64,000 nt of DNA from Patescibacteria group bacterium (GTDB lineage Bacteria > Patescibacteriota > Patescibacteriia > Patescibacteriales > UBA12465): contig JAVEZP010000001.1 of NCBI GenBank assembly GCA_034002925.1, positions 66,523-130,522 on the forward strand. The letters are read 5' to 3'. The stretch's first letter is position 1, and the number at the start of each line of letters is the position of its first letter. Shown here in pieces: positions 1 through 7,700 of this stretch. The position numbers were made by a program, and so were the translations under genes. The notes under the pieces were generated by a model, which was not told where the DNA came from, made no database searches, and worked only from the letters and a program-made list of their open reading frames with translations.

Positions 1-205
1 AGCCAGTACGATGATGTTTGTTCGGCTGATCAATAGTGTTTTTAGTAAAATCTGTATTTGTATTATTATCTTTTTTTTCTTGACCATAGCTGGCCGCACT
101 AAAACTAGATAAAGGTGGCATATTTTTCACCACAAAATCTTTAGAAACTTTATCTTCTAAAGAATTATCTTTCTGTTCTTCCTTTTTCTGCTCACTATCT
201 TTCAT
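1..205 (-). CDS. Hypothetical protein, N-terminal part (runs off the window edge); likely part of the surface-protein operon
   Basis: ATG at 205-203, open frame MKDSEQKKEEQKDNSLEDKVSKDFVVKNMPP... to the edge; starts 4 nt after the stop of the 210..392 ORF. Confidence 0.6.
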   Translation of the reverse strand, partial: MKDSEQKKEEQKDNSLEDKVSKDFVVKNMPPLSSFSAASYGQEKKDNNTNTDFTKNTIDQPNKHHRTG

Positions 206-209
206 ATGA

Positions 210-392
210 TTAACCAAAGAAATAAAATAATACCACAATTGAAAAACCAATTAACACCACGGGCAAAATCCAATGCCAAGCCTTACCATGCAAAGGTTTA
301 TTTAACTGAGGCATCACATGCACCTTTAAATATAAACCCAAACCTTTCGCTTTTTTTTTCTGAGATTGTGAATACATGCGTTGTGCTGACAT
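210..392 (-). CDS. Small membrane protein (60 aa, C-terminal TM helix)
   Basis: Basic N-terminus, hydrophobic C-terminus WILPVVLIGFSIVVLFYFFG; tightly packed in the operon. Confidence 0.6.
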   Translation of the reverse strand: MSAQRMYSQSQKKKAKGLGLYLKVHVMPQLNKPLHGKAWHWILPVVLIGFSIVVLFYFFG

Positions 393-404
393 AAAAATTT
401 TTAA

Positions 405-1160
405 TTACTGCAACAAACCTTCTCCCAATGGATTATAACTATTAGCAACTTCTTCTCCATCGCTATAACCATCAGCATCTGAATCAGCTATTAAAGGGTC
501 AGTACCATAAATTCCTATTTCTTCATAATCAGTTAGGCCATCAGCGTCAGAATCTGGATTTAAAGGATTTGTATTATAAATCATTACTTCTTCTCGATCG
601 GTTAAACCATCACCATCAGAATCTGGCAATAATGGATTAGTACCCAAATTAGCCTCATTATCATCAGTTAAACCGTCTTCATCCGAATCAATTTCTTGTG
701 GAGTGCTAATAATTGGTTGGCCAGGCGCTGGAGTCACCTCCTCTGGTTCAGGGCTAATTATTACCTCTTCTTCATCTTCAATTTGCGGAGCAACAACATT
801 ATTATCTTCAATTTCAGCCGTATTTTGTGGCACAACCGCTTCATTATTATTTGCAGGCACCATATTAACACCTCCTAAATTATTATCCGCTGTCGGATTC
901 ATTAATTTAGAATACACCAAATAAACAGCTGCTCCCAGAATTATAACAGCTAAAGCTAAGATAAGAATCATTTTCATTTTATTTTTTTCTTCTTTAGGCT
1001 CGTCTTCTAAAACTGCATCCAATTCACCTGTCTGAGCTGCGAGACCAGCTGGATGAGCCTCAATATTACTAGCATCACGAGTGACTGTATCAGTTTCTTC
1101 AAAAATATCATCAACATTTTTTTCTTCTGAATTTTGATTGTGATTAAGATTGTTGAACAT
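405..1160 (-). CDS. Membrane-anchored protein with bacterial thrombospondin type-3-like Ca2+-binding repeats
   Basis: One TM helix (MILILALAVIILGAAVYLVY), acidic linker, four D-S-D-x-D-G-(L/Y)-(T/S)-D-x-x-E...(T)(N/D)PL repeats. Confidence 0.8.
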   Translation of the reverse strand: MFNNLNHNQNSEEKNVDDIFEETDTVTRDASNIEAHPAGLAAQTGELDAVLEDEPKEEKNKMKMILILALAVIILGAAVYLVYSKLMNPTADNNLGGVNMVPANNNEAVVPQNTAEIEDNNVVAPQIEDEEEVIISPEPEEVTPAPGQPIISTPQEIDSDEDGLTDDNEANLGTNPLLPDSDGDGLTDREEVMIYNTNPLNPDSDADGLTDYEEIGIYGTDPLIADSDADGYSDGEEVANSYNPLGEGLLQ

Positions 1161-1259
1161 ACACTTAAAAAGTTATTTATTATTCAATATTTACACTATT
1201 ATAGTATAACTTATTTTCAAAAAAAATGCACAAAAAAATGCACCTTAGTATTAAATCTA

Positions 1260-1565
1260 TTATCTAATTTGTAATTCTTTTCTATTAGTAATTAAATCGA
1301 CTTCTGATTTAATAATCTTGAAGGTCATAATCTCACCATTTTCATCTCGACTTAAGACCTGAACTTGAGTCTCTGGCGACAGATTATAACTAATTTTTTC
1401 AGCCTCTGTCATAAATACTGGCACTATCACCTCATCACTAGCAATCTCTAAGAGTGAGTTATCTAAATCATTATTTATTACCCGATCTTTTCTAAACCAA
1501 AATAGCAAAAAAACTAAAATGACTACTAAAAAAATAACGGCCAAAATATAAAAACTTTTTTTCAT
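1260..1565 (-). CDS. Small N-terminally anchored hypothetical protein
   Basis: N-terminal TM/signal anchor, 101 aa. Confidence 0.65.
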   Translation of the reverse strand: MKKSFYILAVIFLVVILVFLLFWFRKDRVINNDLDNSLLEIASDEVIVPVFMTEAEKISYNLSPETQVQVLSRDENGEIMTFKIIKSEVDLITNRKELQIR

Positions 1566-1597
1566 ATTAATTAAATTTTATTTTTTTATTAAAAATA

Positions 1598-4500
1598 CTA
1601 ATCTTTAACACATCTAATTGAGAAAGCATCATAAGCAAAATTACTAAATCTAACAATATTTTTATCCCAATCACCAATGGCGCGAACAGTTGTAGTTAAA
1701 TAGAGGTTAGGGTAATTATTTATGATCGAAGGTGTCCAAAAATATCCAGCTTGATTTAATTTTAAGTGCTGGCTATTACCATTATTATTTTTTATAAAAC
1801 CAGATTCTAAAGCATTAAAACCAAACAAATCAGTACCGCCAAAATCAATTGCTCGTAAGCTTTCCCCAGCAGGCTGACAACGAGGAAGCAAACTTGTTTG
1901 ATTTAAAGAGCAGGCTAATCCAGAATAATCTTGAGTCGCATAATACTCTAATTCCCAAAATTCTTCATCTAAGGGAATGTGCCAACCATTAGGGCAAATA
2001 CCCTGGGAAGTCCATCTAGTAGCTGCATTAATTTGATAAAGACCACCATAAATATCACAATTAGACTCTAAATCATCATAACAATATTTTTGAATAACTC
2101 CTTGAGAGTTTTGATCAGCGTTACTATTAATTCTAGTGCCAACATTCAAATTTTCAGCCATCCAACACTGCTCACCAATCATGACAGTTTGATATGTCTG
2201 GCCTTCATATTCTATCACTCCACAATCACTACTACCATCTTCACCTGGAACATCTCCATCTTCATCGCCAGGACCATCGTTTCCTTTACCATCATCTGTG
2301 GGACCATCGTTTCCTTTACCATCATCTGTAGGACCATCATTGCCCTTACCACCATCTTCAGAGCAATCTTCTGGACAATTATTTTGATTCTCCCAAGAAG
2401 TTAAGGTTCCGTTTATCTTAATTTGGGCTTGACAAATGCCATCACCACAAAAACCTCCTCCATTTTCGTCATCAGCATCAGTAAAGGTGCAAAAATATTG
2501 ATAATTAGGAATGGGGTATGGAACTGTATCACCTGATTTAGTGGTGCAACCATATTGATAATTAGGATTACTATCTGGAATTTTACCAGCAGAGGTAACT
2601 ACACCTTGATTACCATCGCAGTCCTCAAAACCATCATTATAAAATCCACCTCGAGCTTCTGTGTTTGGTTTTTGTAAAAGACCATCACCACAATAAGTAT
2701 TAATATTTAAAACAAATTCTTTTTCTGAAACAGCTCCAAATTCATTTTCAGCCCTTACTTTAATTATATTATTAGTACTAGCTGTTATTGGTGTTCCCTG
2801 AATAACGTAAAAAGGAGAAACCATAGGAGCAGCCGTAGCGCGCAGTGATATTTTATGCCACATATTAGTAGCTAATTTTCTAATTTTTTGCCAAAAATCT
2901 AAAGTAGAAATATCATTTTCAATATCTGGTTCATATAAATTGCTCGCCTCAGTAATAGTTAAACCTGGTGGTAAAGAGCCAACAACAGAATAGGTAATAG
3001 TATGATCTCCTTGTTTTCCCCAACCCAAACCACAATAATATTGTGAGCCAACGCGAACATTTTCATTACAATTAAAATCAAGAGCTGGGGGGTCAGCTTT
3101 AACATTGATATTAATTTGTTTCTCAGAATTATTAGAATATTTATCTGTTGCGCCAATAGTATAAACAAAATTAGTATCAGTAGGAAAACTATTACTAGTC
3201 AATAAATTATATTTCAAAGTATAATGCACCGTATCCCCAACTCTATAATTAGAACTACCTAGAAACATCGCATGACTAGGTGCTAAAAGATCAAAAGGCC
3301 CAGAATTCCAAGTGGCGTGATTAAAAGTATAGCTAACCGGTTGATCATTATCAGTGACACTAAAATTAATAATTAAAGGCAAGACGACGCTCGGATAATA
3401 ATTAATATCATTAGCTTGAATAAGTGGCGGATTATTGCCGATTACAATCGGAGTGACAGTAGCTAAAGTACCACCATAGCCATCATTAACATTTAAAGAA
3501 ACATTATAAACTCCAGGAACCCCTGCCTTGGCAGCATACAATCTTTTTTGATTTGGATTAGCTGTGTCTTGTAAAATCGGAGCAGCACTCCAGCCAGACC
3601 AATTAGCTGTGTTGGTATTAATACTCCAATTTAAAGTATTATTCTCAGGATCAAGCACGCGAATAAAACCATTAAATACTTTATCCTGCTCACCTGCTAG
3701 ATTAGTACTAATTAATACAGGCGCTTCATTACTGCTAGAGCCAACATAAGCAGAACCACTGTCAACGCAACCAGACTCTGCTAATTGCCCTTCGGCTGTA
3801 TTATAACCTAAGCTTTTGGTTTCCATGCTAGCGCATAAATTATAATTAGAACCATTGGCATCACTAGTATAGACAAAAGCATGACTAGCTGATGGCAATT
3901 CAAACTCGGAATCTAAAGGATTAGGATCAGCAAATTTATTATTAGTTGCATCCCAACAAGTTATAGGATCATAACCTGGACAAGAGCCTAAAAAATTAAT
4001 TGGATCTAATGAGCTTTGTGTTGCTCCAATTTGTGGCAAAAAAGCACTCTGCCAACTCGGCCAGACTGAAGTAGTGGTCAAAGGAATATAGCTACCAGCA
4101 GCTAAAACTGGGTAACGGCCGTTAATCTGCTTAAAAGAAGATAGCGCCTCTCTTAAATCACCTAAAACTCCTAAACGACGCACATCACGATTCACTTTAG
4201 CTCTTAAGCTACTACAATATATCCCATCCGCACAGTCAGAATCAACATAACAAACTTGCTCTTCTGCGGGTAAACATCGTCCAGGTGCTTCACCGTTTAT
4301 CACACACGACTGCGACTCCGAACAGTCCGTGTCTTGTTCACATAATAAAGTAGAGATATTGCATTGACCTGGAGTATTTAAATTACTATTAAAACGCCAA
4401 TTTTTTATAATTTGCCCTAACACATCTACCGTATTATAATCAGGGCTTTGATTATAAGAAATTAAATAAATATTAGTATAAATAGTCTGACTAGCTAAAT

Positions 4501-4774
4501 CTACATTCGCCGCATTGACATAGACAGTTCTGCCGTCACGCACAGCATCATAGCCATCAACTAACAATGATTGTGGTGAACCTTGAAAATTTTGGCTCTG
4601 ATACCACCTGGCCGCGCTATAATGATTAGGATTGGGTAGAATTCTAATCGCAATTACATCGGCTTCATCCGAAATATTGTAATCCGTGTTAATAGGCGTC
4701 AAATTATCCGCTTTTGCCACAATAGGCATAAAACAGAAAACTATTAATAAGAACAAAGAAAATTTAATTTTCAT
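1598..4774 (-). CDS. Secreted multidomain Cys-rich surface protein: PsbP-like N-domain, pilin-head-like segment, Ig/cadherin-like repeats, CGDG repeats, C-terminal FISUMP (Fib_succ_major) domain
   Basis: Signal peptide ending AKA; YQTVMIGEQCWMAENLNVG...YGGLY...GICPNGWHIP...FSIRCVKD is the FISUMP signature; YCGDG and FCGDG motifs. Confidence 0.8.
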   Translation of the reverse strand: MKIKFSLFLLIVFCFMPIVAKADNLTPINTDYNISDEADVIAIRILPNPNHYSAARWYQSQNFQGSPQSLLVDGYDAVRDGRTVYVNAANVDLASQTIYTNIYLISYNQSPDYNTVDVLGQIIKNWRFNSNLNTPGQCNISTLLCEQDTDCSESQSCVINGEAPGRCLPAEEQVCYVDSDCADGIYCSSLRAKVNRDVRRLGVLGDLREALSSFKQINGRYPVLAAGSYIPLTTTSVWPSWQSAFLPQIGATQSSLDPINFLGSCPGYDPITCWDATNNKFADPNPLDSEFELPSASHAFVYTSDANGSNYNLCASMETKSLGYNTAEGQLAESGCVDSGSAYVGSSSNEAPVLISTNLAGEQDKVFNGFIRVLDPENNTLNWSINTNTANWSGWSAAPILQDTANPNQKRLYAAKAGVPGVYNVSLNVNDGYGGTLATVTPIVIGNNPPLIQANDINYYPSVVLPLIINFSVTDNDQPVSYTFNHATWNSGPFDLLAPSHAMFLGSSNYRVGDTVHYTLKYNLLTSNSFPTDTNFVYTIGATDKYSNNSEKQININVKADPPALDFNCNENVRVGSQYYCGLGWGKQGDHTITYSVVGSLPPGLTITEASNLYEPDIENDISTLDFWQKIRKLATNMWHKISLRATAAPMVSPFYVIQGTPITASTNNIIKVRAENEFGAVSEKEFVLNINTYCGDGLLQKPNTEARGGFYNDGFEDCDGNQGVVTSAGKIPDSNPNYQYGCTTKSGDTVPYPIPNYQYFCTFTDADDENGGGFCGDGICQAQIKINGTLTSWENQNNCPEDCSEDGGKGNDGPTDDGKGNDGPTDDGKGNDGPGDEDGDVPGEDGSSDCGVIEYEGQTYQTVMIGEQCWMAENLNVGTRINSNADQNSQGVIQKYCYDDLESNCDIYGGLYQINAATRWTSQGICPNGWHIPLDEEFWELEYYATQDYSGLACSLNQTSLLPRCQPAGESLRAIDFGGTDLFGFNALESGFIKNNNGNSQHLKLNQAGYFWTPSIINNYPNLYLTTTVRAIGDWDKNIVRFSNFAYDAFSIRCVKD
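2271..2360. repeat. 30-bp in-frame tandem repeat, 3 copies (DDGKGNDGPT)
   Basis: ggaccatcgtttcctttaccatcatctgt(g/a) twice plus one degenerate copy. Confidence 0.9.
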
Positions 4775-4783
4775 ATATAAAAA

Positions 4784-7700
4784 TTATTGAACATTTAGCA
4801 CAATGTAAGTTGGCACTGATTTAAAGCTTTCGTTGCCACTGGCATCTAAAGCCGTTAAAGCAAAATAGTTAGCACCAGCAGGAAATTGCCTTAAATCCAA
4901 TTCTAATGATGTAGCCTGATTGTCCGAATCAAAAGATTGTCCATATTGACCAGCATTAACGCCATGATACAAACGATAGAATAAAGTGTCATCATTGTTA
5001 GCCTGCCAAGTAAATCTCAGTCTCTGTCCATTTACAATTAAAGCGCTTAAATTTTGAGGAATAGTAGGAGCTTGACTATCGCTAATTATTACCGTTTTTT
5101 CGTTAGATAAAGCGCTTTCTACTTGATTAATAGAAATAGCTGAAACTTTTACTTTATAATTAGTATTATTATTTAAACCAGTAATAACTTTTTGACAAGA
5201 ATAGTTCTGTCCTGCGCTTGGACTTAATGGTGTGCAAGCTGGAGTGACGACATCATTATATTCAAAAGACGCAGTTGGTTTGACATCAATAAAATTCCAG
5301 GTACCACTATTTTCAGGTGCATAATATATACGATATTTACCCAATTGATTGGGATCAGCGTTATAAATCAAGCTCGCATCGCCATACCATTCAATTCTAG
5401 CACTATTACCATCAGCCAAATCAATAGCAGCTGTGATAGCACCGACACTTGGCGCCGCTTCTTTAAAGAAATAGGATTCTTTTAATACATTCCAAACACA
5501 GAAACCATCTCCTATACCATCACTATTACGATCAGGGCCACAACTAGCTCCTAAAGTAGAGCAAGTACTTTGCCCTTCACTACAAACCAGCGATTCATTT
5601 GCACCTAAAATTAAACCGGGATCAATCATGGCTGGTAAATCATCCGCTAAACCATCAACACCGGCATCACGACAATAATAGAACTTATAATTATAATTAG
5701 CACAATTACCAGTCGCTCCCTCGCAGGTATCATACCAAGGAGACCAATTTAAAGTACCAGAATTCACGGCTGGCCACGGATTTTGACAAATAAAGACAAA
5801 GAGAGGGACCTCTGTTTGCACGCCATCACCATCAGTATAAGCATTACAACAATTATTTAAACAATTTGGCTCAGCGCAGACACAAGTAGGACTACTATTA
5901 CAAGAATTACCACTAAAACGATCCATATTAATAGCTGTCGTCATCATCGTAGAATCATCTACTACGTTTTGGTTAGCCACTACAAAGGCTTGATGATCAG
6001 CTAAATTAGCAGGATCAGCTAAAAAGGCAACTCCATTATTCATTAAATCCCAATCCCAATCCCAATAATATCCGGAGGTGGGAGTTAATAATTGATTATC
6101 TGCACTATAAGCACGTGCATTAAATAATTTATCTTGATCGCTAACACTGTCAAAACTAGAATCATTAACATCATCATCATTTTCATTAATATCATCATTA
6201 GTGCTTTGGAAGAGATATGAATTTGGAGCAACACTAACATACTCTACACTACAAACACCACTATTTGTTCCTTGATCAGATAAAGTTGCAAAACTAGAAA
6301 TATAAGAATTATGAAAACTCAAATTATTGAAAGTAATATTTTCTCCTTCAACATATAAACCATTATTTAAATCTAAATAACCCTGGCCATTCATACCTAC
6401 CATCCATTGACTAAGAACGCCCACATCACTATTTAAAGTTTCATCACCCTTGACCACTAAATAATACTTAGTGCCTGCGCTTAACATTTTTTTAGGTTTA
6501 AACTCAGCAGTAGTGCCAACACCATCGTGCTGAATAGAAACAGACCCAGGAACGGCACAATAAAGTTTGGTATTAGAAGGCAGAGCATGAGCTAAAGCAG
6601 AGCTAGAAAAAGTATTCTTACGGAAAACTGAATTCACAACAGCTAACACTCTATTAATCGTGCGTTTGAACCAGTTATTAGCTTGAGAGCTATCTAAACT
6701 AGCAACAAATGTGCCGCTAGGACAAACTCCTGTGCCATAGTCTTTTTCTTCTAATAAAATAATATTGTTCATCAAACTAGCAACATCCATACGTTGATCA
6801 AAAGGAATAGATATAGCAGCGTTGCGACAAACATTATCTGCGCCATGGGCAGGCACTAAATTATCAGTCATGATATTAGGACGAGCACGACAACAAGTAC
6901 CAGAATCGCAACCCACATTAACCGCATCACCACAATCTAAATCTTCACTACAACCACAACATAAACCACGGTTTTCTCCAGAACAAGGAGTCTGATTAGG
7001 TTGACAAACTAAATCGCCGCTACCTAAACCAGCGCAAGATTCTGGATTACTGACTTGACAGCAACATGTACCACAATCTCCTGGTATGCCACCTGCTCCG
7101 GCTTCATTTAAACAAGCAAAAGGTGAAGAACAGAAAGAAGTATTACAAGTATCAATCGCTGTTAAATCACGACAATCTTGACCAGCTCCGCTAGGGCTAG
7201 AATTTGCACAAGCATAAACACAAGCTGAAATAGTATTATAATCACCCACCATAGAAGGGGTCTGATTACATTGAGTTTCATTTGGAGCCGCCTGACAATT
7301 ATAATAAGCGCAATAACCATCAATTGGACTAATGCTATCACCGCCGATACAAGTACCATCACTATAATTATAACAACAGTCGGCAGCCATAGAACAGGAA
7401 CTATAATCACCATCATGTTGACTACAAAAACTTACACCTGGATTAATTTCACAATTAGCATCACAAGTACTAATATCTTTAAATAATCCAATTTTTAAAG
7501 GATTGTCAGCCGCACATAAACTAGGATCACCATTTTCATCCTGACAATTATAATAAGCGCAATAACCAAAATCTGGACTTGAAGGGTCTGAACTAATATC
7601 TTCACCGCTACCACCTACACACACATCATCTGTAATCGTATCAGTGCCTTTTGAATCTAGACAACAAACTTGACTATGATCAAGACAAGACTCTCTAGAA

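Noticed and set aside
2271-2360. 30-bp repeats as a CRISPR array
   Set aside because: Directly tandem, no spacers, in-frame coding, no cas genes
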